64,000 nucleotides of DNA from an uncultured Veillonellaceae bacterium (lineage in GTDB: Bacteria > Bacillota > Negativicutes > JARBTT01), in contig CAWDTA010000005.1 of assembly GCA_963805085.1 (NCBI GenBank), forward strand, positions 384,001-448,000. The letters run 5' to 3'. Position numbers and translations under genes: made by a program. Position 1 is the first letter of the stretch, and each line of letters starts with the position of its first letter. Of the stretch, positions 30,494 through 40,507 are shown one piece after another. The notes under the pieces are model-generated. The model was not told where the DNA came from. It ran no database searches and saw only the letters and a program-made list of their open reading frames with translations.

Positions 30494-31501
30494 ATGCAGA
30501 CTGTAACACTAGGAAGAACAGGACTGATCGTAAGTAAAAATGGATTTGGAGCACTCCCTATCCAGCGTGTTGAAAAAAAAGATGCTGTGTATTTATTGCA
30601 GAAAGCATTTTATAACGGAATCAATTATTTTGACTCGGCAAGATGGTATTCAGACAGCGAGGAAAAACTTGGTGCAGCCTTTTCTTATACAAGAGATAAG
30701 ATTATTATCAGCACCAAAACGGGAGCGCAGACAGCTGAAGGTTTCTGGAAAGATTTAGAGCAAAGCCTTAACAATCTGCAGTCGGAATATATTGACATCT
30801 ACCAGTTCCATAATCCTGCCTTCTGCCCAAAGCCAGATGATGAATCTGGTCTTTATGAGGCAATGTTAGAGGCAAAGAAACAAGGAAAAATTCGTTTTAT
30901 CGGAATTACAAATCATAGATTATCTGTGGCAAAAGAAGCAATAGCATCGAATTTATATGATACGATGCAGTTTCCATTTTCTTATCTTGCAAGTGATGCA
31001 GATGTAGAAATCGTGGAATCATGTAAGAATAAGAATATGGGATTCATTGCAATGAAAGCTTTATCCGGAGGATTGATTACAGACTCTGCCGTGGCATATG
31101 CATATTTTGCACAATATGAACGTGTTGCTCCAATCTGGGGCATACAGCGTGAAAATGAATTAGATGAATTTTTATCCTATCATGATAATCCGCCAATTTT
31201 GACAGATGGGATGAAAAAACAGATTGAACACGATAGAAAAGAATTATTAGGTGATTTCTGCCGAGGCTGTGGTTATTGTATGCCATGCCCTGCTGGAATT
31301 GAAATCAATAATTGTGCAAGAATGAGCCTTCTCCTACGTCGTGCTCCGCAGGATACGTATCTGTCGAAAGATTGGCAGGAGAAAATGAAGAAAATTGAGA
31401 ATTGTCTTCATTGCAATAAGTGCATGAGCAAATGTCCATATAAACTGAATACGCCAGAACTATTAAACAAGAACTACGAGGACTATAAGAGCTTTTTATA
31501 G
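30494..31501 (+). CDS. Aldo-keto reductase with C-terminal 2x[4Fe-4S] domain
   Basis: GFGALPIQR, YFDSARWY, STK, YQFH; CRGCGYCMPCP and CLHCNKCMSKCP. Confidence 0.92.
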   Translation: MQTVTLGRTGLIVSKNGFGALPIQRVEKKDAVYLLQKAFYNGINYFDSARWYSDSEEKLGAAFSYTRDKIIISTKTGAQTAEGFWKDLEQSLNNLQSEYIDIYQFHNPAFCPKPDDESGLYEAMLEAKKQGKIRFIGITNHRLSVAKEAIASNLYDTMQFPFSYLASDADVEIVESCKNKNMGFIAMKALSGGLITDSAVAYAYFAQYERVAPIWGIQRENELDEFLSYHDNPPILTDGMKKQIEHDRKELLGDFCRGCGYCMPCPAGIEINNCARMSLLLRRAPQDTYLSKDWQEKMKKIENCLHCNKCMSKCPYKLNTPELLNKNYEDYKSFL

Positions 31502-31709
31502 TACATAATAAAGGATTAACTATAAAAGTACTTCAGCTTTTTTAGTTATCAATGAAGTTGTCCTGAAAAGTGATCAAGGCTTAAAAAAATACAAAAAAAT
31601 TATTGAACAAATGCCATCAGATTGCATAAAACCTGGTGGCATTTTTACTGCCGTTTATGATAAAACAGTGTAACTAAAAACGATTGTTTCAGATACTATT
31701 TAAAAATAC

Positions 31710-31740
31710 TTGACTTGGAGTTAACTCTAAATGATATGCT
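31710..31740 (+). promoter_or_regulatory. MerR-type promoter/operator 4
   Basis: TTGACT-tggagttaactctaaatga-TATGCT. Confidence 0.85.
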
Positions 31741-31760
31741 GTTCTAAGAGGTGAAATTTT

Positions 31761-31992
31761 ATGACAATTACAGAAGTGAGTAGAAAATTTGATGTTTCTC
31801 AAGATACAATCTGCTATTATGAACGTATTGGACTGCTTCCTCATGTGAACCGCAATAAAAACGGAATCAGAAATTTTACGGAGGAAGACTGCAGGTAGGT
31901 TGAATTTATCAGATGTATGCGAAGTGCAGGTCTTCCGATTGAAGTATTGATTGACTATGTTGCACTTTTTCAACAGAGCGATGAAACAATTG
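31761..31992 (+). pseudogene. Second AdhR-like merR copy, with nonsense codon and 3' truncation
   Basis: MTITEVSRKFDVSQDTICYYERIGLL..EEDCR*VEFIRCMRSAGLPIEV; TAG at 31896 where the intact copy has Trp. Confidence 0.9.
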
Positions 31993-32084
31993 GTTTGTTA
32001 AGGCATTTATTTTCATATACAGGTATATGGGGCTGGATTAAGTATCATGCAATGTGGAGTTAACTATATCTAACTATGAATTTT

Positions 32085-32393
32085 CTATAGCAGTTGATTT
32101 CTTTGATTTAATTGATCAATTTGTTTCTGTAGCTGCTTATTTTGTTCGATCAGCTCATTAATTTGTTTTTGTACTGCTGAAACTTGATGAGTACTGAGTA
32201 AAAGTTGCTCGGCTACATTCGTTGATAATATTTGCCCAATTAGTGATAAAAAACTACTAAGGGTAACTTGTTCTTCAATTGTCAATTCTTGCTGTGTTAT
32301 ATAGAAGCTAATCAAATAGCCTAGTAAAACAAATTCGTCTGGATTTAAATTGAAAAATAATGATTCTTCCAAAACGTTCACTCCATACAACAT
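32085..32393 (-). CDS. Small hypothetical protein (DUF6774-like, tentative)
   Basis: 102-aa ORF with hydrophobic helices and a Gln-rich coiled C-terminus. Confidence 0.55.
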   Translation of the reverse strand: MLYGVNVLEESLFFNLNPDEFVLLGYLISFYITQQELTIEEQVTLSSFLSLIGQILSTNVAEQLLLSTHQVSAVQKQINELIEQNKQLQKQIDQLNQRNQLL

Positions 32394-32695
32394 TCTCTTT
32401 GTTTAGATTATGTTTTAATAAAAGCATCTATGAACATAAAATTTGTCCGACATTTTTCATACTGATAAAGTAAAAATAGTATGGTGAAGTCAGAGGAGGA
32501 AATACTATAAATCATATGGGATTGAACAGTTTTGGGTGGAGACTTTTTTAAGTCAGAACTTCCCTAGTATTCTTCATAATGCCAAGCAGTGATTTCCATA
32601 AAATTGTTTATAAATGAGAATTCAAAAAGGCTAGATTGAATTTCTTCAATCTAGCCTTTTGGGATCATATACGTAGTCTCCTGCAGCACTTATAT

Positions 32696-33052
32696 TCAGT
32701 TCGATGATACTTTATTCGTGTTCGAAGTGGATGAGCTGCTGTTTGCTGCTTCTTCCTTGGCAGTCAGTTGTTGGATGATATTCTGAACTTTTCCGCTTGC
32801 ATTATAATTTAAAACACTGTACAGTGAACCTGAAGACGAATCTGATGATGAATCGCCCATATAATCTGCAAGCGTAGCGTGACTCGATTGCAACATTGAT
32901 ACATAAGTATCAAGATTACTACTCGTCAAATCGTCCGTTTTTGAAGAACTTACCGTGTTGCTTGAACTGCTATCCGAAGTGCTCGAATTCTTTGAGCTAT
33001 CTGATGATAATAAATTCAGAAGATTACTGGAAATATTGCTGATTGTTGACAT
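32696..33052 (-). CDS. Ser-rich hypothetical protein
   Basis: 118-aa ORF with RBS, upstream TTGAAT-17-TATAAT and a downstream hairpin at 32626-32660. Confidence 0.7.
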   Translation of the reverse strand: MSTISNISSNLLNLLSSDSSKNSSTSDSSSSNTVSSSKTDDLTSSNLDTYVSMLQSSHATLADYMGDSSSDSSSGSLYSVLNYNASGKVQNIIQQLTAKEEAANSSSSTSNTNKVSSN

Positions 33053-33145
33053 AATCCGACCTACTTTCCATTTTTATACTATCTAATTATATTATACTCT
33101 ACAGCATACTCCCATTCAAGACTATTTATATTTTTTTAAGAATCA

Positions 33146-33283
33146 GTATTCTTAAATATGGCTATCCGTAAAGTTGTTGAATCTGATATTGTTGCTAAAA
33201 ATGTAGCTGATTTCATAGAAGGGCCAAAAGTTAAAAAAATCTAAAAAAGTTTTTATTCTAACAATGAAATACAATATCTAATG
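33146..33283 (+). pseudogene. Tyrosine integrase internal fragment
   Basis: VFLNMAIRKVVESDIVAKNVADFIEGPKVKKI*KSFYSNNEIQYL resembles the core-binding/catalytic linker of phage integrases. Confidence 0.5.
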
Positions 33284-33453
33284 TACTTGCAAGGAGTTTT
33301 ACTAGTATTGAGATATAATATACTAGTAAAACTCTTTGTGGATCGTGAAATAGGTTAGGTTGCAGGGCGATTAGTAGACGAGATTTAAATGAGTGTTTTT
33401 AGGTATCCTAATAAAAATTGATCTTATAAAGAAAATTTGAGGAGTGGATGTAG

Positions 33454-34440
33454 ATGAAACTTGGAATCGCTGGTGCGGGAAATATTGTAGCGGAATTTTT
33501 ATCTTTTAAGGATGAAGTAGAAGGCCTTGAGCTTCAAGCAATTTATGCAAGAAATAATCGGGATGGAAAACTTGATAAACTTTGTAGTCAGTATCATATT
33601 GCGGAAAAATATACGAATTATGATGAAATGCTACGAAGCGATCAAATTGACACGGTCTATGTCGCGGTTGTCAACGATATCCATTATGAATTCTGTAAAA
33701 AGGCGTTGGAAGCTGGAAAGCATGCTATTTGCGAAAAACCGTTTACTGCAAATACGAAACAGCTTGAGGAGCTTTGCCAAATTGCAGAAGAAAAGCATTT
33801 GATGCTTCTTGAAGCAATTACAGTTATGTATATGCCATATTACCGGGAAATTCAGGAGCAAGTAGCTTTGCTCGGTAAAATAAAGATTGTGGAATGTAAT
33901 TATTCGCAGTATTCTAGCCGCTATGATGCTTTCAAACGTGGTGAAATCCTGCCAGCTTTTGATGTGAAACGCGCAGGTGGCGCATTGATGGATTTGAATA
34001 TTTATAATGTCCATTTTGTTACCGGTTTGTTTGGAAAGCCACAAGAGGTGCATTATTATGCCAATATTGAAAAGGAAATTGATGTGTCGGGCATGTTAAT
34101 TCTTACCTATCCATCTTTTCAGTGCGTATGCATTGGGGCCAAAGACTGTGCCGCTCCTGTAGTATCTAATATTCAAGGTGACGCTGGTTGTATTCACCTT
34201 GAGCAACCGACAAATGCTTGTACAGCATTTCAAAAAATTATAAATAAGCAAGCTGCTGAAAATTATGATTTTGATGAAAACAGACACCGGATGTACTACG
34301 AATTTGTCAAAATCACGGAGTTGATTGATGGTGAAAATTATCAAGAGGTAGGGAAACGCCTGGCACATAGCCGTATTGCATTGAATGTGTTAGTAGAAGC
34401 AAGAAAAAGTGCTGGGATTATCTTTTCTGGTGATGAATAA
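33454..34440 (+). CDS. Gfo/Idh/MocA oxidoreductase
   Basis: GIAGAGNI, AICEKP, GGALMDLNIY. Confidence 0.93.
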   Translation: MKLGIAGAGNIVAEFLSFKDEVEGLELQAIYARNNRDGKLDKLCSQYHIAEKYTNYDEMLRSDQIDTVYVAVVNDIHYEFCKKALEAGKHAICEKPFTANTKQLEELCQIAEEKHLMLLEAITVMYMPYYREIQEQVALLGKIKIVECNYSQYSSRYDAFKRGEILPAFDVKRAGGALMDLNIYNVHFVTGLFGKPQEVHYYANIEKEIDVSGMLILTYPSFQCVCIGAKDCAAPVVSNIQGDAGCIHLEQPTNACTAFQKIINKQAAENYDFDENRHRMYYEFVKITELIDGENYQEVGKRLAHSRIALNVLVEARKSAGIIFSGDE

Positions 34441-34894
34441 GCGGTTGGGTGTATGTACCTAAAAAGGATATAGATGTGTAATCGTAAATTATCCATGTGT
34501 TCCTGCTAAAACCTATTTTTTCTACAATTTTTCTAAGAGAAATGATGCATTTGATATTTAACGGAAGTCTCAATTGATAAATGCTTCCGAAAGTTGTATA
34601 AATTTCATACAAATCCTCCGACTTTTTGAAGCGGGGGATTTTTTTCTGCAACACTAATTTAGGAGATACGTTAGCAATAAACGAAGTCGTTATTCCCGGA
34701 GAAAGCACATCGCTTCCTGATATTCTTTTATTTAATTGCTATAATGATAATTTTAAATTCAAAATATTATCATTATATAATCATAAAGTAATCAAAAATA
34801 TTAATAAATATCATAACAATATTGCAATGTTATTATCTAAATGTTATCATAGTCTAAGAATGTTATTACTTTTTAGGAAGAAGGTTGTATTACT

Positions 34895-36406
34895 ATGCAA
34901 GAAATAAAAAAATTGCAGTACTACGTAAACGGAGAATTCAAAACTTCTAAAACCGAAGTCTATTCGGATGCCTTTGATCCAAGTACCGGAGAAATCATTG
35001 CTAAAGTACCGCGTTGTACTCCGGAGGAAGTAACAGAAGCCATTGCTAGTGCGAAGGCTGCATATCCTGCCTGGTCAGCGACACCAGTAATAAAAAGGGT
35101 TCAAATATTGTATAAATTTCGTGAACTCTTAGTAGAGAACATGGAAGAACTTACACATTTAGTAGCATTAGAAAACGGAAAAGCTTGGAGCGAAGCTGAA
35201 GGCGATGTACTAAAGGCTAAAGAAGGAACAGAACAAGCATTGTCGGCACCTTCTTTAATGATGGGCGAAATCCTTTTGGATGCCTCCCAAAGCTATGACA
35301 CTGTATCTTATCGCGAACCGCTTGGTGTATTCGCTGGTATTATTCCTTTCAATTTTCCCGCAATGATTCCTATGGGGTGGATGACTCCAATCTGTATTGC
35401 TTGCGGTAATACGATTGTATTAAAAGCTGCGACTTTTACACCACAAACATGCATGCGTATCGCTGAATTGTATAAAGAAGCAGGCTTGCCTGATGGCGTT
35501 ATTAATATTGTCACGTGTTCTCGGCATGAGGCAGAAATTTTATTGACACATCCTGATGTTAAAGGTATCACCTTTGTAGGTTCTACCGAAGTTGGTATGC
35601 ACATTTATTCAACAGCTGCTGCTTCAGGAAAAAGAGTGCAGGCCTTATGTGAAGCAAAAAATCATGCATTGGTCTTAGAAGATGCGCCGATTGACCGAAC
35701 AGCCGCGGGAATTGTGAATGCCGCGTTCGGTTGCGCTGGTGAACGTTGTATGGCGTTACCTGTTGTGGTTGTGCAAGAAAGCATAGCTGATGCCTTGGTG
35801 AAAGCACTTATTGAACAAGCAAAAACGCTGACCATCGGACCAGCTTATGATAAAACAACAAAACTCGGACCTGTCATTAATGCCGCTCATAAAAAATCAG
35901 TTCTAAACTGGATTCAGCAGGGGATTGATGAAGGTGCTGATCTTGTTCTTGACGGAAGAAATGTTACCGTAAAAGGCTATGAAAAAGGTTTTTATGTTGG
36001 ACCTACTATCCTAGATAATGTGAAAGATAATATGAGTGTCGGAACAAAAGAAATTTTCGGACCTGTACTTTGTATTAAAAGAGTGAAAACGTTTGAAGAA
36101 GGACTTGCTATAATGAATGATAATCCTTATGCTAATGGCTCTGTAATCTTCACTCAAAATGGCCATTATGCTAGAGAATTCGTTCGTCATACCGATGGCG
36201 GCATGGTTGGCGTAAACGTTGGCATTCCTGTCCCAGTTGGAATGTTCCCGTTCAACGGACATAAAAAATCCTTCTTTGGTGATTTGCACTGCCTAGGAAA
36301 AGATGGGTATCGTTTTTATACGGAAAGGAAAGTTGTGACCACTCACTGGTTTGATGAGCATGAGAAAAAAGCAAAAACTGTTAGTACTTGGGATGGAACA
36401 ATTTGA
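34895..36406 (+). CDS. mmsA: CoA-acylating methylmalonate-semialdehyde dehydrogenase
   Basis: PFNFPAMIP, FVGST, AKNH, GCAGERCMA, EIFGPV (IolA/MmsA). Confidence 0.92.
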   Translation: MQEIKKLQYYVNGEFKTSKTEVYSDAFDPSTGEIIAKVPRCTPEEVTEAIASAKAAYPAWSATPVIKRVQILYKFRELLVENMEELTHLVALENGKAWSEAEGDVLKAKEGTEQALSAPSLMMGEILLDASQSYDTVSYREPLGVFAGIIPFNFPAMIPMGWMTPICIACGNTIVLKAATFTPQTCMRIAELYKEAGLPDGVINIVTCSRHEAEILLTHPDVKGITFVGSTEVGMHIYSTAAASGKRVQALCEAKNHALVLEDAPIDRTAAGIVNAAFGCAGERCMALPVVVVQESIADALVKALIEQAKTLTIGPAYDKTTKLGPVINAAHKKSVLNWIQQGIDEGADLVLDGRNVTVKGYEKGFYVGPTILDNVKDNMSVGTKEIFGPVLCIKRVKTFEEGLAIMNDNPYANGSVIFTQNGHYAREFVRHTDGGMVGVNVGIPVPVGMFPFNGHKKSFFGDLHCLGKDGYRFYTERKVVTTHWFDEHEKKAKTVSTWDGTI

Positions 36407-36825
36407 TAAATAAATTAAGGCACACCACCTTATGCATCATTGAATTGCTCCAGTTAAATTAATAGCTGATGACGATGGTCACAATAACATAATAAAATAT
36501 GTTATTGTGACCATTTTTTTTTATTGTGTTTTAGAACAGAAAATTTAGATTATAATATAGATGAATATATTTTATAGAGACAAAGAGCATCTCTGCTCTT
36601 TGTGTTAAACGTAATAAGAAGGTTACCTTGGTATAAGCAATATAGGTGCAACAATAGGTAAATATATAATCTGAGCCGTTATAATAGCTGCGTCTTGTAA
36701 TGTAGAACAAAGAACTATACTAGTGGTTTTCATTATTATATTAAAAAGAACATTATTTATAGCTGACACATTTATGTGATTTGTTTTGAAGAATGTTCTT
36801 TCTTTTTGTAAGATTAGAAGATTTA

Positions 36826-37377
36826 TTAAAGATCCAATTGCTTGATAATACCGTTCGAAAAAGAATCTGACATGAGTAAAGCTTCTTTTTCAATTTGGTC
36901 AAATATAAGGATATCTTTTCTGTATTCTTTCTTTAAGTGGGCAACGGCTTCTTCTTTGGTTAACGCTAAGTGTTTGTACCACATAGATTGCATGGATTGT
37001 TTGGTCCAATTGGGATTAATATGATTTAGGAAACAGACGATTTCATCAGCATTGTGATACCAACGGGCTTCGGCATTTTCGGCTAATGATTGGTCATTAC
37101 TTTTGGCGGCGCTAATAAGTTCAGCTGCGATTAGTAGATGTTCTTTGATTAAATAACCAAATTCCATGGCATCTTGATTTTTATAATAACGTTTAAAAAG
37201 TTGGGCAAAATCTGACGCATTGCGTAATAAACGCTCATTGGTTTGTTTTAAATTTGGGAGATTATCAATAAGGCTTATTATGGTTAGCCTGGTCCAGTAT
37301 ACATGCTGTTCCCATAATAAACGGAAGTGATCTCTGGTAAAGAGCTTGGCACTATTAAAGCACAAACGTTCAGTCAT
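36826..37377 (-). CDS. Conserved hypothetical protein (LWEQHVYWTR family)
   Basis: 183-aa helical ORF with a His/Glu pattern (EQH, EHL, KHL). Confidence 0.75.
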   Translation of the reverse strand: MTERLCFNSAKLFTRDHFRLLWEQHVYWTRLTIISLIDNLPNLKQTNERLLRNASDFAQLFKRYYKNQDAMEFGYLIKEHLLIAAELISAAKSNDQSLAENAEARWYHNADEIVCFLNHINPNWTKQSMQSMWYKHLALTKEEAVAHLKKEYRKDILIFDQIEKEALLMSDSFSNGIIKQLDL

Positions 37378-37763
37378 GGCTTCATCGCCTTTCGGGTTTT
37401 TATATTATAGTATGTAGTGTTGAAAATTTAGGAACTAAAGTGAAAAAAATAATTATTGTACTACAGATAGTTCGTAAAAAATCAATAGCACGCATGTTAT
37501 AGCTGAAAAACGAAAAAAGAAAATATGGATCAGAAAAAAAAGGTATTTTTAGTTTATGTTTGCACTTTATGGTAAAATACAATATTAAAAAGAAGGAATT
37601 TTTAGAAAAATGTATAATATTACAAATAACAACTTGGTTCAATAGTTTAATTAAGTTTAATTATTGATGTTGGTCGAATTTGGTTGGAATTATTTATATT
37701 TTTGTTAGTTATTCATGCTATTTTGTTATAGAATTATGATTATAGCTGAGATGGAGGAAAAAG

Positions 37764-39452
37764 ATGAGATTTACTATTGGTAAGCAGATATCAGCGACAT
37801 GTATATTGATTATTGCGATATTTATGATGATGAATTTGTATATGTACTATCGTATAACTGTGGTCGAGCATACTTATCAAATTTTACTTGAAGATTCTAC
37901 ACAGTTCACAAGTGCGGCAAAAGATATTCGTTCCCAATTATGGCTGCGTAACACGTACATACGTAATTACATATTAACTGGTGATGCTAAAGATCTAGAT
38001 CGCAGTAATGAAGTTAAAAAGTCAACCGAAGCACAGGTAAGTGAACTCGAAAATAAGATGAAATTTTCTAGCTCATCAAGAGAAATTGGGATTTTAAAGC
38101 TGGCATTAAACGAATATAGCAAAACCCTGGATCAAGGGGCGGAAGTTAGAAAAAAATTAGGAATAGAGGGAACTTTAAAGTTCCTCGCCGCTTCGGGAAA
38201 AAGAGCCGAAGGTATGGAAATTATTATTGATAATTTTACTGGATTTGTGAGTCAGCAGATTAGAGCGCAAATTGAAGAAACCAAGGCTCAGCAAAGTAGG
38301 GCAACTTTGATTGTTATCTTATGCAATATTGGGATTTTGTTCATTGCCATGGTGGCAGCAGTAATGTTAGCTCGTAAAATTTCACGACCAGTAACAGCAA
38401 TGGCAGCTACCGCTGAAAACGTTGCTGGCGGAGATTTGAGAAGTAGAGAAATAAAATATCATTTTAATGATGAAATTGGTGATATGTCAATTTCTATACA
38501 AAAAATGGTTGATGGCTTACGAGGTATGGTACAGCAAGTGATAGCGACAGCAACTCAAGTTGCTTCGGCGAGTAATCAATTAAATTTAGTATCTGAGCAA
38601 TCAGCTGAGGCGGCAGAAGAAGTTGCAAGAACAACGACGCAGTTAGCTAGTGGAGCGGTAGTACAAACAAATGAAATGAATCAAGTTGTCGATGAAGTGA
38701 GCGATATTGTTTTCAATATCAATCATGTGGCAAGTAATGCGGCTTCGTTATCTTTGCGGGCGACCAAAACCGCTGAGGTCGCTATTGTGGGGAAAACAGC
38801 CGTGACTAAGGTTGGCAATCAGATGCGAGTCATTAATAACTCGGTTAATCAATCCTCTCAGGGTATTAAGGAATTAGGCGAAAGTTCGCAACAGATTGGC
38901 AATATCGTTCAAGTCATCAGTAATATTGCGAGTCAAACCAATATGCTAGCACTGAATGCTGCAATTGAGGCGGCCAGAGCTGGCGAACACGGTCGTGGTT
39001 TTGCCGTCGTTGCTGATGAAGTAAAAAAGTTAGCTGATCAGTCTCAAATGGCTGCTCAAAATATTGCCAATATTGTAAAGACTATTCAATCAAAAATAAA
39101 TGATGTTGTTACGACGATGGAAAAGGGGAGCCAAGATGTTCAGCAGGGCACGGATGACATGTCCAGTACATTAGAACAATTTAATCATATTGCAACATTG
39201 ATCCAAGAACTTGAACAGCAGATCGGTGAAATCACTGTGGCAACCGCCAATGTATCTTCATCTGGGGATAAAGTATTGGTGTCTATCAGTAGTGTGAAAA
39301 AGATGGTTGAGGAAACGGTATCGGGAACACATACGATTTCTGCTGCTACCGAAGAACAGCTTGCTTCGATGGAAGAAATATCATCGTCAAGTAGCATTCT
39401 AGCAAAAAAGGCAAAAGAATTAGAAACAATGATGGCGCGATTTGAAATTTGA
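37764..39452 (+). CDS. Methyl-accepting chemotaxis protein (four-helix/CHASE3-like sensor)
   Basis: 2 TM, HAMP, MCP motif. Confidence 0.95.
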   Translation: MRFTIGKQISATCILIIAIFMMMNLYMYYRITVVEHTYQILLEDSTQFTSAAKDIRSQLWLRNTYIRNYILTGDAKDLDRSNEVKKSTEAQVSELENKMKFSSSSREIGILKLALNEYSKTLDQGAEVRKKLGIEGTLKFLAASGKRAEGMEIIIDNFTGFVSQQIRAQIEETKAQQSRATLIVILCNIGILFIAMVAAVMLARKISRPVTAMAATAENVAGGDLRSREIKYHFNDEIGDMSISIQKMVDGLRGMVQQVIATATQVASASNQLNLVSEQSAEAAEEVARTTTQLASGAVVQTNEMNQVVDEVSDIVFNINHVASNAASLSLRATKTAEVAIVGKTAVTKVGNQMRVINNSVNQSSQGIKELGESSQQIGNIVQVISNIASQTNMLALNAAIEAARAGEHGRGFAVVADEVKKLADQSQMAAQNIANIVKTIQSKINDVVTTMEKGSQDVQQGTDDMSSTLEQFNHIATLIQELEQQIGEITVATANVSSSGDKVLVSISSVKKMVEETVSGTHTISAATEEQLASMEEISSSSSILAKKAKELETMMARFEI

Positions 39453-39483
39453 TTAAACATATAAAGTTTGCTGGAGGCATAAT

Positions 39484-40479
39484 ATGAATAAAACTAAATT
39501 GACGATTTTTTATGTTATGATTTTATCTTTGCTCGTAGTTTCAACTGGTTGTGGCTCGTTAAGTTTAAAGGATGACAAGCCTAAAGAAGTAATTTTAAAA
39601 GCTGCAGATGTTCATCCTGATAATTATCCTACTACAAAAAGTACAAAATATTTGGCCGAGTTATTAGAGGAGCGTAGTAATGGTCGGATAAAATTACAAC
39701 TTTATCCGGGTGGTCAACTTGGCGAAGGCAAAACTATTGACGATGCTATGGCAGAGGGCATCATTGATATAGATCGCGAAGGAATAGATCGATATAGTAA
39801 AGATATTAAGATGGTGCAAGCTTTCATGATGCCCTATATTTTCCGTGATTCCGCACATGAATGGAAAGTGCTTGAAGGTCCTATTGGTGATCGGTTAAAA
39901 GAAGAATTAAAAAATAATGATAAGATTGTTTTGGCTTTTTATGATTCTGGTATGCGAAGTTTTTATAGTAAGAAACCGATTCATACACCGGAAGATATGA
40001 AAGGAATGAAATTTAGAACTTTGTCTGGGGATGTTTTCAAAAATATGTTGGAAATCGTGAATGCCGAAGGAATGAATTTAGCTTATAATGATATTTATCC
40101 AGGCTTACAGATAGGAAAAATAGATGGAGCTGAAAATAATATACCAAGCTACTTAACGGCGAAACATTTTGAGATAGCGAAATACTATACCTTGGATGAG
40201 CATTTGGCAATACCAGAAATTTTGTTTATTAGTAAACAGGCTTGGGAGAAATTAAGTCCGGACGATCAAAAATTATTATTGGAATGCGGAACAGAAGCAG
40301 GCAAATATCAGCGTAAGTTATGGGCAGAATTTACCCAGGAAGGTACAGAAGAATTAAAGAGCCAAGGCGTAGAGTTTATCACTCCGGATAAAGCTGCATT
40401 TCGTAATGAAATGAATTCTTTATATCAAAAATATCCAGACAGTTTAACGCTGATCAAAGAAATACAGGCTGTAAATTAA
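39484..40479 (+). CDS. dctP: TRAP transporter substrate-binding lipoprotein
   Basis: Lipobox STGC; SNGRIKLQLYPGGQLG; DMKGMKFR; IDGAENN. Confidence 0.9.
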   Translation: MNKTKLTIFYVMILSLLVVSTGCGSLSLKDDKPKEVILKAADVHPDNYPTTKSTKYLAELLEERSNGRIKLQLYPGGQLGEGKTIDDAMAEGIIDIDREGIDRYSKDIKMVQAFMMPYIFRDSAHEWKVLEGPIGDRLKEELKNNDKIVLAFYDSGMRSFYSKKPIHTPEDMKGMKFRTLSGDVFKNMLEIVNAEGMNLAYNDIYPGLQIGKIDGAENNIPSYLTAKHFEIAKYYTLDEHLAIPEILFISKQAWEKLSPDDQKLLLECGTEAGKYQRKLWAEFTQEGTEELKSQGVEFITPDKAAFRNEMNSLYQKYPDSLTLIKEIQAVN

Positions 40480-40507
40480 TCAAAATAAAGTGAGGTGGAT
40501 TTTTAAA

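Noticed and set aside
4807-31898. In-frame TAG codons (4807, ~13251, 31896) as pyrrolysine read-through
   Set aside because: All three genes are also truncated and no pyl genes are in the window; simple decay is more likely
36415-36480. AATTGCT...AGCTGATGAC resembling a fluoride riboswitch
   Set aside because: The 5' GGxGATG stem and pseudoknot partner are absent, and no gene follows on that strand
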